Counted from the whole stretch's first letter, positions 1 to 10,872 are shown. The stretch: DNA of 62,473 bases, filler included, from Deltaproteobacteria bacterium (GCA_030698575.1; 11 parts of 11 records of this genome joined end to end with filler, not necessarily neighbours in it), one strand, 5' to 3'. Notes: generated by a model not told the origin, from the sequence alone. Translations and numbers: made by a program.

Positions 1-2
1 TC

Positions 3-395
3 GCGCTCATCGTCTACGCGCTGCTGCCGATCGTGCGGAACACCCACGCGGGGCTGCTCGCCATGCCGCCCGCCCTCAGGGAGTCGGCCGAGGCGCTCGG
101 CCTGCCGCCCTTGGCGCGGCTGCGGCTGGTGGAGCTGCCCATGGCCTCGCCCGCCATCCTGGCCGGCATCAAGACTTCCGCCGTCATCAACAAAGGCACC
201 GCGACCCTCGGCGCGCTCATCGGCGCCGGCGGATACGGCCAGCCCATCCTGACGGGTATCCGGCTCGACGACGTGGGGCTCATCCTGCAGGGCGCCGTGC
301 CGGCGGCGGCGCTGGCGCTGCTCGTCCAGGGGCTCTTCGAGGTGGCGGAGCGGACGCTCGTGCCGAAGGGGCTCCGGATCGATCCGATGGCGTAG
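3..395 (+). CDS. Osmoprotectant (glycine betaine/choline) ABC transporter permease, C-terminal part (5' truncated by window)
   Basis: [13 protein letters not shown]-like loop [38 protein letters not shown]: ProW/OpuBB-type permease motifs. Confidence 0.85.
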   Translation, partial: ALIVYALLPIVRNTHAGLLAMPPALRESAEALGLPPLARLRLVELPMASPAILAGIKTSAVINKGTATLGALIGAGGYGQPILTGIRLDDVGLILQGAVPAAALALLVQGLFEVAERTLVPKGLRIDPMA

Positions 396-428
396 TGAAA
401 AGGTCCTGCGAAAGTAACAGAGCGCGTT

Positions 429-1949
429 TCAGCGCGTCCAGGCGAGCCAGCGCGCGAACAGCCCTTTCACGAAGGGCGTGAGGCGAGTGCGGTTGTAGGC
501 GTCGCCGAGCTGGCGGATGGCCTCGGCCTGGGTCGGATAGGGATGAATCACGGCCGCGATCTTCCCGAGCCCGATCTTCCCCACCATGGCGAGCGTCAGT
601 TCGCTGATCATCTCCCCCGCGTGACGCGCGACAATGGTGGCGCCCACGATCTCGTCACTCCCCTTCCTGACGTGGATCTTCACGAAGCCTTCTTCTTCGC
701 CCTCCGCGATGGCGCGGTCGACCTCCTTGAAGGGCCGGATGAAGGTATCCAGGGCGATTCCCTTCTCCCTGGCGTCACGCTCGTACAGGCCCACGTGCGC
801 GATCTCCGGATCGGTGTAGGTGCACCAGGGAATGGTCAGGCTCGACAAACTCTTGGAGCCCGGGAAAAGCGCGTTCTGGATAACGATGCGCGCCGCGAAG
901 TCCGCCGTATGGGTGAACTTGTACCGGAGGCAGATGTCGCCCGCGGCGAAGATGCGCGGGTTCGTGGTCTGAAGCTTGTCGTTCACTTCGACGCCGTTCC
1001 GGTCGAATTTCACGCCGACGGCCTCCAGGCCGAGGCCCTCGACGTTCGGCGCCCGCCCGACCCCCACGAGAATCTCGTCGACCTCCAGCGTCTCGGCCTG
1101 CCCCATTCTGTCGAGCGTGAGCCGCTTGGCTCCCCCCGCGCTTTCAACCTTCTTCAACGCCGTCTCGAGCAGCACCCGCACGCCGTCGCGCTCGAAGGAT
1201 TCGAGGAGTATCCGGGCCGCATCGGGGTCCTCGCGCGCGAGAAACTGCGCACCCATCTCGATGAGCGTCACCTCGGACCCCAGCCGCCGGAATGCCTGGG
1301 CAAGCTCGCAGCCGATCGGGCCGCCGCCGATAACCGCCAGGCGCGCGGGCCGCTCGGTGAGCGAGAAAACCGTCTCGTTGGTTAGGTAGCCCGTTTCCTC
1401 GAGCCCCTCGACGGGCGGCCGCGTGGCGCGCGCGCCGGTGGCGATGACGGCCTTCCTGAAGCGCAGCACCTGGCCGTCCACTTCGACAGTGTCCGGACCG
1501 GTGAAGCGTCCGTCGCCGAGAAAGACGTCGATGCCCAGCTCCTCCTGAAACCGCTTCGCGGAATCGTGGTGGCTTATGCGGGCGCGGATCTTTCGCATGC
1601 GCTCCATCACCCGCGCGAAGTCCGCCTGACTTCCGGGCGGAACGCGCACGCCGAGCGCCTCGGCCTCACGGATGTCGCCCAGCACGCGGGAGGAGCGGAT
1701 GATGCACTTGGAGGGAACGCAGCCGACGTTCAGGCAATCGCCTCCCATCAGGCGCCGTTCCACCAGCGCAACCTTCGCTCCCAGGCCCGCCGCTCCGGCT
1801 GCTGTGACGAGGCCCGCGGTGCCCGCACCGAGCACCACCAGGTTGTAGCGCGAGGCAGGCTCAGGGTTCTTCCAGTTTTCGGGATGGACGTTGCCGACCA
1901 GCTCGGCGTTGTGGTCGTCCGCCGGCAGCACCGGCTCGGAGAGGGCCAT
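429..1949 (-). CDS. FAD-dependent pyridine nucleotide-disulfide oxidoreductase (mercuric reductase/lipoamide dehydrogenase-like)
   Basis: GAGTAG FAD motif, GGDCLNVGCVPSK redox disulfide, GGGPIG NAD(P) motif, HPYPT; no C-terminal CC pair. Confidence 0.9.
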   Translation of the reverse strand: MALSEPVLPADDHNAELVGNVHPENWKNPEPASRYNLVVLGAGTAGLVTAAGAAGLGAKVALVERRLMGGDCLNVGCVPSKCIIRSSRVLGDIREAEALGVRVPPGSQADFARVMERMRKIRARISHHDSAKRFQEELGIDVFLGDGRFTGPDTVEVDGQVLRFRKAVIATGARATRPPVEGLEETGYLTNETVFSLTERPARLAVIGGGPIGCELAQAFRRLGSEVTLIEMGAQFLAREDPDAARILLESFERDGVRVLLETALKKVESAGGAKRLTLDRMGQAETLEVDEILVGVGRAPNVEGLGLEAVGVKFDRNGVEVNDKLQTTNPRIFAAGDICLRYKFTHTADFAARIVIQNALFPGSKSLSSLTIPWCTYTDPEIAHVGLYERDAREKGIALDTFIRPFKEVDRAIAEGEEEGFVKIHVRKGSDEIVGATIVARHAGEMISELTLAMVGKIGLGKIAAVIHPYPTQAEAIRQLGDAYNRTRLTPFVKGLFARWLAWTR

Positions 1950-2009
1950 GGGTCTAACCTCCGGATGATCCAGTTCGCCCGGACGGCTCCGGGCTTAGAA
2001 TGACGGGCG

Positions 2010-2759
2010 CTACTTCCCGGTCGCTTCGTCGAGCGCCTTCCGGGCCAGCCGTGTCACGAAGATGGTGACGGCGAGAGTCGCCACGAGGCCGATGCCGAGG
2101 ACGGCGTAGTATTCCGCGCCGCGCTCCGTGGCGGCGCCTCCGGCGAGGGCCGCCACGTCACCCGCGAGCTTTCCATAGTAAACATAAAGGAGCGTGCCCG
2201 GAATCATGCCGAAGGATGCGAGCGCGTAGTCCGCCAGGCGAACCTTTGTGAGGCCGAGCGCGTAGTTGAGAAGATTGAAGGGGAAGACCGGAGACAGGCG
2301 CAGCAGGAAGACGATCCGCCGTCCCTGGGCGCCTACGGCGTCGTCAATCGCGGCGAAGCGCCGATCGCCGGCCAGCTTTCGCTCGATCGCACTCCGGGCA
2401 AGGTATCGGGAGACGAGAAAGGCGCCTGTCGCTCCGAGGGTGGCCGCGATGAACACGTAGACCGTTCCCTCGAGAATTCCGAAGATGGCGCCTGCGGCGA
2501 GCGTCAGCACCGAACCTGGCGCGAAGCCGACCACGGCGGCGGCGTAGCCGGCGATGAACACCACCGGACCCCAGAAACCGAGACCGTCCACCCAGGCGGC
2601 AAAGCGGGGCACGTATGCGCCGGCCTCGCGGCCGAAGTAGATGAGCCCCGCCAAAGCTGCAAGACCGATGACGATCTTCCCCGCGGGGAGCCCCTTGCGC
2701 GCGCCGCCGGTCTCCGGCGCGGCCGCCGTCGTATCCGCAGATGACGTATTCGTGCCCAT
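2010..2759 (-). CDS. TVP38/TMEM64 (DedA/SNARE-associated) membrane protein
   Basis: PGSVLTLAAGAIFG, LLRLSPVFPFNLLNYALG, GMIPGTLLYVYYG; AAAGGAGG RBS before ATG at 2759. Confidence 0.9.
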   Translation of the reverse strand: MGTNTSSADTTAAAPETGGARKGLPAGKIVIGLAALAGLIYFGREAGAYVPRFAAWVDGLGFWGPVVFIAGYAAAVVGFAPGSVLTLAAGAIFGILEGTVYVFIAATLGATGAFLVSRYLARSAIERKLAGDRRFAAIDDAVGAQGRRIVFLLRLSPVFPFNLLNYALGLTKVRLADYALASFGMIPGTLLYVYYGKLAGDVAALAGGAATERGAEYYAVLGIGLVATLAVTIFVTRLARKALDEATGK

Positions 2760-2907
2760 GCCATGGCCTCCTTTGTGGGGTTCCGATGCCTGAACCCCCC
2801 GCGAGGTTCCAGACTTTCTCGGCGGCCGTTTCGCCACCCTCACCGCGCAAGCCAATACAGGCCAATTCCGGCTTGATGGCCGGCCCTTGATCGGCTTCAA
2901 TGAGGGC

Positions 2908-3402
2908 ATGAAGATCCGCGATGCGTCCCCCGCCGACCATCCTTTCGTCATGGAGATCTATCACGACGAGGTGCTGAACGGCGTGGGGACTTTCGACCTG
3001 GAACCGCTCTCCGATGAGAAGCAGCGCGCATGGCTTGCGCCTCACACGGCGTCTCGCTACCCGCTAACGGTGGCCGAAGAGGGGGGGCGGATCGCGGGGT
3101 GGGGGAGCCTGAAGCCCTGGTCGGATCGGCGCGCCTACGCCCGCTCCGCCGAAATCTCCGTCTACGTGCACCGGGATTGCCGGGGCCGCGGAGTCGCCCG
3201 CAGTCTCCTGATGGATCTTCTGGAGCGCGCACGCGAGGGGGGCATCGTCGTGCTCATCGCCCGCATCGCCGCCGAGAACAAGGCGAGCCGGGCGCTGTTC
3301 GGCAGGGCGGGATTTCAATCGATCGGAATGATGCGGCGGGTGGGCGAGAAGTTCGGACGCGTCCTCGACGTGGAGCTGCTCGATCTGCATCTCGACAGCT
3401 AG
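2908..3402 (+). CDS. GNAT N-acetyltransferase (phosphinothricin/YncA-MnaT-like)
   Basis: AYARSAEISVYV, RGRGVA acetyl-CoA motif, NKAS, VGEKFGRVLDV. Confidence 0.88.
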   Translation: MKIRDASPADHPFVMEIYHDEVLNGVGTFDLEPLSDEKQRAWLAPHTASRYPLTVAEEGGRIAGWGSLKPWSDRRAYARSAEISVYVHRDCRGRGVARSLLMDLLERAREGGIVVLIARIAAENKASRALFGRAGFQSIGMMRRVGEKFGRVLDVELLDLHLDS

Positions 3403-4565
3403 TGTTCGCCCGCCAGCCACCCTCGCGCATGCAGATCCGCCAGGATGAGTTCGGCAGCAAGCCGGTGCCCCGCTGCCGTCCAGTGGTGATCGCTGGGAAA
3501 GTAGAGGTCCCCGCCCCTGGCTGCGGCCTCCCTGAATGCCGGAAGCAGATCGAGCACGGCAATCCCCTCTCGCTCGCAGTAAGCCGCCACGCGCCGGTTC
3601 GGCGCTTCGACGTCGAAGCGCGCAGTTCCAAGATCGAGCTTGTTCGAGTCGTTCTTCCACCGATCCGGCATGACCTGCAGCTCGGGCGGCAGGAGCACGA
3701 CGACAAGCCGTTTCCCGCGCGCGCCGACGTCATCCCGCAGGCGCAGGAGCAGCTGCTCGGCCAGCGCCCACTCGCGCACCATCTCCTCGGGGGGCGGCAC
3801 CTGGAAGGCCAGGAGATTGCGGTACTGGATCTTCGATTCCCGCGGCTTGTGCTTGAAGGGCCGCGTGAGCTTGTACCAGGTGCGCCGCATCCGGTAGCTC
3901 GACAGGTATTTCACCTTGAGCCACACGTAGGCCTGGCTGTTGGTCTCGAGCCAGACGGACAGCGCGCCCTCCTCCTTCTTCGGCTTCGTGCCGCTGCGCT
4001 TCGCCTCGATCCACTCCTCGGTCGACACGTTCTCCGAGAAATCGTTCTGCACGAAGGCGTCCATCAGCACGATGTCCGGATCGACCGCCCACCCCTTCTT
4101 CTCGAGCGCCAGAACCGATTGATAAAGGTTGTAGCCCGGCACTCCCGCATTGATCACCTCGAGCGGCGGCCCTCCTCCGCGCGCCGCGCGCGCTCCGGCC
4201 TCGATCACCTCCATCTGGTGCTCGAAGGTCTGATCCTGCTCGACCCCCCAGCCGAAGGTGAAGGAATCGCCCAGCGCGAGGATACGGATCGCCTCCCCTT
4301 TTGCCCCGCGGTCCGGATCCCGGAAGCCCAGCGCGTTCGAGCGCACGGTGATGCTGAAGCCCTTCCGGGCGAGGACCGTCTCGGCGCCGGGCCGGATGGC
4401 GAACTGGAGATCTGGGTCGCCGGGGAAGAAGGATTCCTTCCCCCTCATGAGCAGGGCCTGGGGCTGGATGAAGCGTATTGCGGGCTCGAGAGCCAGAGCG
4501 AGGAGAGCCAGTCCGAGGACGAGCTGGATCAGCAGGAAGCCGAGTATCCGGAACAGCCGCCTCAT
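3399..4565 (-). CDS. SGNH/GDSL hydrolase-family protein (AlgX/AlgJ-like), membrane anchored
   Basis: N-terminal TM, NALGFRD, GDSFTFG, INAGVPGY, QNDF, DHHWTAAGH. Confidence 0.85.
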   Translation of the reverse strand: MRRLFRILGFLLIQLVLGLALLALALEPAIRFIQPQALLMRGKESFFPGDPDLQFAIRPGAETVLARKGFSITVRSNALGFRDPDRGAKGEAIRILALGDSFTFGWGVEQDQTFEHQMEVIEAGARAARGGGPPLEVINAGVPGYNLYQSVLALEKKGWAVDPDIVLMDAFVQNDFSENVSTEEWIEAKRSGTKPKKEEGALSVWLETNSQAYVWLKVKYLSSYRMRRTWYKLTRPFKHKPRESKIQYRNLLAFQVPPPEEMVREWALAEQLLLRLRDDVGARGKRLVVVLLPPELQVMPDRWKNDSNKLDLGTARFDVEAPNRRVAAYCEREGIAVLDLLPAFREAAARGGDLYFPSDHHWTAAGHRLAAELILADLHARGWLAGEH

Positions 4566-4579
4566 TGATTACTCCCGCC

Positions 4580-5359
4580 TCAGTGCGGCTTGCCGATCTT
4601 CTCCAGAACCTTCCTCATGTCTTCCCAGACGTCGCCCCGGTTCTTCGGAGTGTACTGGCGCAGAACGAAGGCCGGATGATACGTGGGCATGAGGGGGATT
4701 CCGTAGAACTCCTGCCACTGCCCCCGCAGCCGGGTAATCTGCACGCTCCGGCCGAGCAGCAGTGATGTCGCAGGCCGTCCGAGTGTCACGATGACCTTCG
4801 GGCCGATCGCGCGGATCTGTTTCATAAGGAACGGCTGGCAGGCGGCGATCTCGTCCTTCTCGGGGTCGCGGTTTCCGGGAGGGCGGCACTTGACGATGTT
4901 GGCGATGTACACGTCCTCGCGGCGGAGCTTCATCCCCTTCTGGATGATGTCCGTCAGAAGCTTTCCCGCCCGCCCGACGAACGGGCGGGCCTGCTTGTCC
5001 TCTTCTTCGCCCGGCCCCTCGCCGATGAACAGGATCTCGGCTTTCGGGTTTCCCTCGCCGAAGACGATGTGCGTGCGCCCGGCGTGCAGCTTGCAGCGCG
5101 TGCAATCGCCGAGCTCCCGGCTGACCTCCTCGAGCGTGAGGGGAAGGCCCTCGTCCGCGGGCGGGGTGGACAGACCGCCAGAATCCGCTGCGATGGACGG
5201 GAGGGGCGCGGGCGCAGCGCGCCCGGCAGGCGCAGCCGGTCCGGATGGAGAGGGCCGCGCGACGGCGCGGACGCCGCTGGCCGCCAGAAAGCCGATGTAG
5301 TCCGCCACGCTCCGGCGAAGCGCGCGCAGCGCCTCTGCTCTAACTTGCTCGTTGTCCAA
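4580..5359 (-). CDS. Uracil-DNA glycosylase family 4 (Fe-S)
   Basis: [40 protein letters not shown]; start inferred at TTG 5359. Confidence 0.9.
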   Translation of the reverse strand: MDNEQVRAEALRALRRSVADYIGFLAASGVRAVARPSPSGPAAPAGRAAPAPLPSIAADSGGLSTPPADEGLPLTLEEVSRELGDCTRCKLHAGRTHIVFGEGNPKAEILFIGEGPGEEEDKQARPFVGRAGKLLTDIIQKGMKLRREDVYIANIVKCRPPGNRDPEKDEIAACQPFLMKQIRAIGPKVIVTLGRPATSLLLGRSVQITRLRGQWQEFYGIPLMPTYHPAFVLRQYTPKNRGDVWEDMRKVLEKIGKPH

Positions 5360-5488
5360 GGCCCATCCCCCGCTTCGTTGCGGCCGATCCTGCCGCCGGA
5401 CCCGGCAAGTGTCAAGGCGAAGCCGCGCGGGTTGAGCCACGAACGGCCGGCGCGTAAGATGGCCTCCACTCTTCACTCCCGGTGGCGC

Positions 5489-6184
5489 ATGTCGACGTGG
5501 ATACTGTGGTTCATCACGAGCATGATCCTGGGCAACCCCTTGCTCGCCCTGGTGATCGTGCTGGCGGTCGTGTACCTCGGCCGCGCGGAATATACCGGAC
5601 GCTACTGGAACCCGCTCAGCTACTTCCAGTTACAACGCCAGATTGCGGATCTCAGGAACACCGTCGAGACCAATCCCGAAAACGCCGCCGCTCACAACGA
5701 CCTCGGGCGGATCCTCGCGCTCCAGGGAAAGTACGCCGAGGCGCTCCCGCACATGGAGAAGGCCTTCGAGCGCTCACCGGAGTCGGCCGAAACGGCGTTC
5801 TTCTACGGCTACACGCTCCTCGCGTCCGGCAAGGAGCAAGAAGCTCTCCCTCACATTCGCGAGGCTCTCGAGGCCAAGCCCTCGCTACGCTACGGCGAGC
5901 CTTACCTGCTCACGGGGAACTTCTATTTCAAGGAAGGGCGCCACGACGACGCGATCGCCTGGTTCGAGAAATTCACGGAGATGAACACCGATTCGGTCGA
6001 AGGGTATTACAAGCTCGGCCGGTCCTGCGCCGAGGCGGGACGGAAGGACGACGCCCGCAAGGCGCTGGAAGACGCTGAGCTGGCCTACCGCCACGCCCCC
6101 CGCTTCATCCGCCGCGCGCAGCGCCCCTGGAACCGGAAGGCGAAGTGGTTCCTGCGAACGACGTTGCGGGGAGACGCCGGCTAG
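5489..6184 (+). CDS. Membrane-anchored tetratricopeptide repeat protein
   Basis: Hydrophobic N-terminus followed by TPR units (AAAHNDLGRIL, EGYYKLGRS). Confidence 0.8.
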   Translation: MSTWILWFITSMILGNPLLALVIVLAVVYLGRAEYTGRYWNPLSYFQLQRQIADLRNTVETNPENAAAHNDLGRILALQGKYAEALPHMEKAFERSPESAETAFFYGYTLLASGKEQEALPHIREALEAKPSLRYGEPYLLTGNFYFKEGRHDDAIAWFEKFTEMNTDSVEGYYKLGRSCAEAGRKDDARKALEDAELAYRHAPRFIRRAQRPWNRKAKWFLRTTLRGDAG

Positions 6185-6191
6185 GGCACGG

Positions 6192-6846
6192 CTAGAGAGA
6201 TGTCCGCCGGAGGCGAAGCGCGTTGAGGATGACCGACACTGAGCTGAGGCTCATCGCGGCGCTGGCGATCATGGGATTGAGCAGGATGCCGAAGAACGGA
6301 AAGAGAACGCCTGCCGCAACCGGCACACCCAGCGCGTTGTAGATAAAGGCGAAGAAGAGATTCTGGCGGATGTTGCGCATGGTCGCCCGGCTGAGCCGCC
6401 TGGCCCGCGCAATGCCGCGCAGATCTCCACGCACCAGCGTCACGCCCGCCGATTCCATCGCCACGTCGGTGCCGGTTCCCATCGCGATGCCCACGTCGGC
6501 CTGCGCAAGCGCCGGCGCGTCGTTGATCCCGTCGCCCGCCATGGCAACCACCGCGCCTTCCGCCTGAAACCGTTTCACGATATCGATCTTCCGCTCCGGC
6601 AGCACCTCGGCCTCGACCTCCTTGATGCCGAGCTTCCGCGCTACGGCCTCGGCGGCGGAGCGGCTGTCGCCCGTCACCATGACGATCCGCATCCCCTCCG
6701 CCTTGAGCGCCCGCACGGCTTCGGGCGTCGTCTGCTTCACCGGATCGGCCACCGCCAGAAGCGCCGCCGGCTTCCCGTCGAGGGCCAGGAAGATCACCGT
6801 CTGGCCCTCGCGCCGGTGCGTCTCCGCATCCCGCACGAGGGGCCCC
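6192..6846 (-). CDS. copA: Heavy-metal (Cu+) P1B-type ATPase, C-terminal fragment (5' cut by contig end)
   Basis: [40 protein letters not shown] (YN and MxxSS Cu+ ligands). Confidence 0.85.
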
Positions 6847-6946
6847 NNNNNNNNNNNNNNNNNNNNNNNNNNNNNNNNNNNNNNNNNNNNTTAATTAATT
6901 AANNNNNNNNNNNNNNNNNNNNNNNNNNNNNNNNNNNNNNNNNNNN

Positions 6947-7488
6947 TCGGCCTCCCCATCTGCAAGGCGCTTGTGGAGATGCACGGCGGGACCATCGGCG
7001 TCAGAAGTGAGCCCGGAAAAGGCGCGGAGTTCATCTTCACGCTCCCGCGCATCACCGCGCGGCGCGCGCTGGTCGACCACGTCACCAGGCTGATAGAGCG
7101 CGCCCGCCGGGAGGAGCAGCATGTGGGTCTTCTCGGGCTGCTCCTAAGAGGGACGGGGAACGGAGGGGGGCGCGACCCACTTCTTTTCGAGCGGGTGAGA
7201 ACGGTTATCGAGAAGGGGCTTTACAAGGCCCAGGACCGGATCTTCGGCCGGGACAGCCGGGCCCTGATCCTGGTGCTGCCGGAATCCGACGCCGCGGGGC
7301 TGGGCGCCGTGGCCAAGCGGCTGGACGGGATGCTCCGGAAGGAGCTGGGCGAAAGGTACGAAACCGCCCGTTTCCGCTGGCGAATGGCCGTATACCCGGC
7401 CCACGCGCACACGGCCCGGGATCTCCTCCGGGCGCTCTCCCGCGGCAGGGAAGACCCCCTCTCCATGGAGGCCGGACCGGCGGCCTAA
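6947..7488 (+). CDS. Histidine kinase C-terminus (end of HATPase_c) plus degenerate GGDEF-like domain, 5' truncated
   Basis: [33 protein letters not shown], then a GGDEF-fold-like pattern (LILVLPESD...AVYP) without the GGDEF motif. Confidence 0.7.
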
Positions 7489-7512
7489 ACCCGCCCTGGT
7501 AGCTGCCGATAA
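7486..7512 (+). promoter_or_regulatory. Putative sigma-28 (FliA) promoter
   Basis: Exact TAAA-N15-GCCGATAA, ending 67 bp upstream of the response regulator ATG. Confidence 0.65.
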
Positions 7513-7579
7513 GCCTAATCGAAGCTCCAGAACCGGATGCGGGAGGGCTCCCGCCCGCCTGGAGCCCGGCGAGGAACAG

Positions 7580-7957
7580 ATGACGAAGAAGCGAATCCTG
7601 AGCGTCGAGGACGAACCGGCTATCCAGAAGACCCTGAAGCTGCGGCTCGAGGCGTCCGGCTACGAAGTTCTCTGCGCCACCGACGGCGCGGAGGGGCTCG
7701 AGCTTGCCCGCCAGGAAAAGCCCGATCTGATCATTCTCGACCTCATGCTTCCCAAGCGGGACGGGAACAGCGTCTGCCGACTGCTGAAGTTCGATCAGCG
7801 CTATCGCGAAATTCCCATCCTCATGCTGACCGCGCGGGGCCTCCAGAAGGACCGTGAGACCGGCGTGAAGATGGGCGCCGACGCCTACCTGACCAAGCCC
7901 TACGACTCCGTGGAACTAATCGCGACTGTCCGGAAGCTTCTGGGAGAGGCCCCATGA
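7580..7957 (+). CDS. Single-domain response regulator (CheY-like)
   Basis: VEDE, LIILDLMLPKRDG, MLTA, YLTKPY. Confidence 0.92.
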   Translation: MTKKRILSVEDEPAIQKTLKLRLEASGYEVLCATDGAEGLELARQEKPDLIILDLMLPKRDGNSVCRLLKFDQRYREIPILMLTARGLQKDRETGVKMGADAYLTKPYDSVELIATVRKLLGEAP

Positions 7958-9636
7958 CCCAGCCTCAGGCCCGGCTGCGCATCGGCGAGATCCTCGTCCA
8001 GAAGGGGTATCTGACCGAGGCGCAGCTCCAGAAAGTCCTGGAGCGGCAGAAGGAGTGCGGCGGAAAGCTGGGCGACACCTGCGTCAAGATGGGTGTCATC
8101 ACCGACGACCAGAAGACCGACGGGCTGGCGCTTCAGCTCGGAATTGCGCGTGTCCAGCTCGCCAGTTATCTCATCGAGCCCGAAGTGCTCAGCCTTGTGA
8201 CCCCGTCAATGGCGTCGCGAAACAAGCTCGTGCCGCTCTTCCGGATAGAAGACACGCTCACCGTCGCGATGGCGGACCCGCTGAACATCTACGCCATAGA
8301 TGAGCTGCGGCGCCAGACCGGACTGGAGATCGACTCGACCATCACGACGCTGAAGGAAATCGACGAAGCACTACGCCAGCACTACGGGGTGGGGGCCGGC
8401 TTTCAGAAGGAGATCGCCGAGCTGGGGCGGGAGCAAGGCGTCGATCTGAACGAATCGGGGAGGACGGAGGAATCCCGATCCCAGGACGCGCCGATCATCA
8501 AGCTCGTCAATACGGTGCTCGCGCAGGCCGTGGGCGAATCGGCAAGCGATATCCACATCGAGCCCATGTCGAAGGCGCTTCGTGTCAGGTACCGCGTCGA
8601 CGGGATCCTTCATGAGGCCTCCTCGATTCCGGCCGGCGCGCACGGCGCCGTCGTCTCCAGGCTGAAAGTCATGGCCGGCCTCGACATCTCCGAACGAAGG
8701 ATCCCCCAGGACGGCCGGTTCCAGGTGGCCGCCGGCGGCCGCAACGTGGACATGCGCATGAGCACCTACCCGTCAATCCTGGGCGAGAAGGTCGTCATCC
8801 GCGTCCTCGACAAGACCAAGATGGGGATCGCTCTTGAAGGCCTCGGCATGGACGCCGAGGTGCTCGCCGCGCTTGAGGGCGCGATCCTGCGGCCTTCCGG
8901 GATCCTCCTGCTCACCGGTCCAACCGGCAGCGGCAAGACGACCACCCTTTACGCGGCGCTGCAGCGAATAGCTTCGATTGAAAAGAACGTCATGACCATC
9001 GAGGACCCCGTCGAGTACGACCTCGAGACCGTCACGCAGTCGCAGGTCAACCAGAAGGCCGGCCTCACCTTCGCGACAGGGCTCCGCTCGATCCTCCGGC
9101 AGGATCCGGACGTCATCATGGTGGGAGAGATTCGTGACCGCGAGACCGCGGAGATTGCCGTCCGGGCCGCGATGACGGGACATCTGGTTCTATCGACGCT
9201 CCATACGAATGACGCTCCGAGCGCCGTGCCGAGGCTGGTGGAGCTGGGCCTGGAGCGCTTCGTGGTGGCCTCTTCGCTGAATGCGGTGCTTGCGCAGCGC
9301 CTGGTGCGAAAAGTGTGCGGGGAGTGCGCGGAGCCCTGTCGCCCATCTGACGAGACCCTTGCGAGGCTGGGGCCCGGTATCGAACTGCCGCTCGAGGATT
9401 TACGCCGAGGCGCCGGCTGCACTGGCTGCCAGGGAACCGGTTTCCGCGGGCGAACAGGGCTTTTCGAAATGTTCGAGATGACCGAGTCGATGCAGGACTT
9501 TGTGGGTCGTGACGTGAGCGCCGTTTCGCTTCGAAAAGAGGCTTCCGAGAATGGCATGCGCTTGCTTCGTCAGGACGGGATCGACAAGGCGGTCCGCGGA
9601 ACCACCACCATCGAGGAAGTTCTCAGGGTGACTTGA
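7954..9636 (+). CDS. gspE: GspE/PilB-family assembly ATPase with N-terminal MshEN-like motif
   Basis: RLRIGEILVQKG MshEN-like start, ASDIHIEP, GPTGSGKT, LRQDPDVIMVGEIRD, GHLVLSTLH, tetra-Cys motif. Confidence 0.92.
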   Translation: MTQPQARLRIGEILVQKGYLTEAQLQKVLERQKECGGKLGDTCVKMGVITDDQKTDGLALQLGIARVQLASYLIEPEVLSLVTPSMASRNKLVPLFRIEDTLTVAMADPLNIYAIDELRRQTGLEIDSTITTLKEIDEALRQHYGVGAGFQKEIAELGREQGVDLNESGRTEESRSQDAPIIKLVNTVLAQAVGESASDIHIEPMSKALRVRYRVDGILHEASSIPAGAHGAVVSRLKVMAGLDISERRIPQDGRFQVAAGGRNVDMRMSTYPSILGEKVVIRVLDKTKMGIALEGLGMDAEVLAALEGAILRPSGILLLTGPTGSGKTTTLYAALQRIASIEKNVMTIEDPVEYDLETVTQSQVNQKAGLTFATGLRSILRQDPDVIMVGEIRDRETAEIAVRAAMTGHLVLSTLHTNDAPSAVPRLVELGLERFVVASSLNAVLAQRLVRKVCGECAEPCRPSDETLARLGPGIELPLEDLRRGAGCTGCQGTGFRGRTGLFEMFEMTESMQDFVGRDVSAVSLRKEASENGMRLLRQDGIDKAVRGTTTIEEVLRVT

Positions 9637-9637
9637 G

Positions 9638-10846
9638 ATGCGCAGTTTTGCCTACGTGGCAAGAGACGACAGGGGAGAGCGGGTGAAAGGTCTTCTGGAG
9701 GCGATCGATCAGGACGCCCTCATCGAAAGCCTCACCCGACGGGGCTACACCGTCACCAGCGTTCTGGAGCGGTCTGAAACGCCGGGGTACTCCGCGGCGC
9801 TCAACTGGTTGCTGAAGGTTGATCGCCGGGAGCTGATCGATCTCTACCTCTCGATCGGGACGATGCTGAAGTCCGGCATTCCGCTCACGGTGAGTCTGAT
9901 CGATGTCGCCGCATCCTCGGACAATCCACGGGTCGCCTCGGCCCTCACGGCGGTCAGTCGTCGCATCGAGGCCGGATCGACGCTCTCGGCAGCCCTCAGG
10001 TCGCAGCCGATCGTCTTTCCGTCGCTGGCCTGTGATCTCATCGAGGCGGCGGAATCCATCGGCCGGCTCGATGAGGTCTTCCTGAGGCTCGCATCCTACG
10101 CCGACCGGGACATGCAGACCATGGATCAGATCAAGAGCGCGCTGCAGTATCCGGCCTTCGTGTTCGCCGCCGCCGTGGCGGTCGTTGTGGCCACCCTCGT
10201 CTTCGTGCTTCCGAACTTCGCAGCGGTCTTCGGCCGAATGGACGCGGAACTGCCTCTGCCCACGCGCGTCATCCTGCAAGCCGGCGACTGGATCCACACC
10301 TATATGAACGCGCTTCTCCTCGGAGTCGCGGGCCTCGGCATTACCACGCTCTGGCTCTCGGGCAAGGAGGCGGTGGCGGCCCGGCTGGAGGACGCGCGCA
10401 TGAAGATACCGGCAGTGGGGCGGCTCGAGCGGCACCTGGCGATCGGGCGCTTCGCGCGGACGCTGGGGCTTCTCCTGTCGGGCGGCGTGCCGATTCTGCA
10501 GGCCCTGCCCACGTCGGCGCGCGTCACGGGCAACCGGCGGATGCGGGCCGCGATCGAGGCGGCGGCGGAAAGCATCCGGCAGGGGAGCACCCTGACCGAG
10601 TCGCTCGCGGCCTCGGGGCAGTTCCCGCGGCCGGTCATGCGAATAATTGAGGTGGGTGAGAAGACCAGCAGGCTCGACGATCTGCTTCAGACCTTGAGCG
10701 ATCAGTTCGATCGCCAGATTCTTTACAAGGTGAAACGGCTCACGACATTTCTCGAAGTCACCATGATCATCGGTGTGGGCGGACTGGTCGCTCTCATCGC
10801 TTTTGCTCTGCTCATGCCCATGGCAGCAGTCCTGGACCTCCTGTAA
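9638..10846 (+). CDS. gspF: GspF/PilC inner-membrane platform protein
   Basis: KSALQYPAFV, LPLPTRV, RFARTLGLLLSGGVP, VGEKTSRL; directly follows gspE. Confidence 0.9.
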   Translation: MRSFAYVARDDRGERVKGLLEAIDQDALIESLTRRGYTVTSVLERSETPGYSAALNWLLKVDRRELIDLYLSIGTMLKSGIPLTVSLIDVAASSDNPRVASALTAVSRRIEAGSTLSAALRSQPIVFPSLACDLIEAAESIGRLDEVFLRLASYADRDMQTMDQIKSALQYPAFVFAAAVAVVVATLVFVLPNFAAVFGRMDAELPLPTRVILQAGDWIHTYMNALLLGVAGLGITTLWLSGKEAVAARLEDARMKIPAVGRLERHLAIGRFARTLGLLLSGGVPILQALPTSARVTGNRRMRAAIEAAAESIRQGSTLTESLAASGQFPRPVMRIIEVGEKTSRLDDLLQTLSDQFDRQILYKVKRLTTFLEVTMIIGVGGLVALIAFALLMPMAAVLDLL

Positions 10847-10872
10847 GGAGGCCAAACCAAGAGGTAAACACC

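Noticed and set aside
429..1949. merA (mercury resistance)
   Set aside because: No NmerA domain, no C-terminal Cys-Cys and no mer genes nearby. It is paired with a TVP38 protein instead.
3030..4568. Long alternative-frame ORFs (e.g. 3030-4568, 13004-14392, 15883-17394, 49725-50921, 60111-61208)
   Set aside because: Antisense shadow ORFs of well-supported genes in GC-rich DNA, with no motifs.
6847..6946. N44-TTAATTAATTAA-N44 blocks (also at 12412, 15831, 28579, 34120, 39526, 44716, 48335, 52071, 59722)
   Set aside because: Artificial contig linkers with stops in all six frames. Adjacency across them has no biological meaning.
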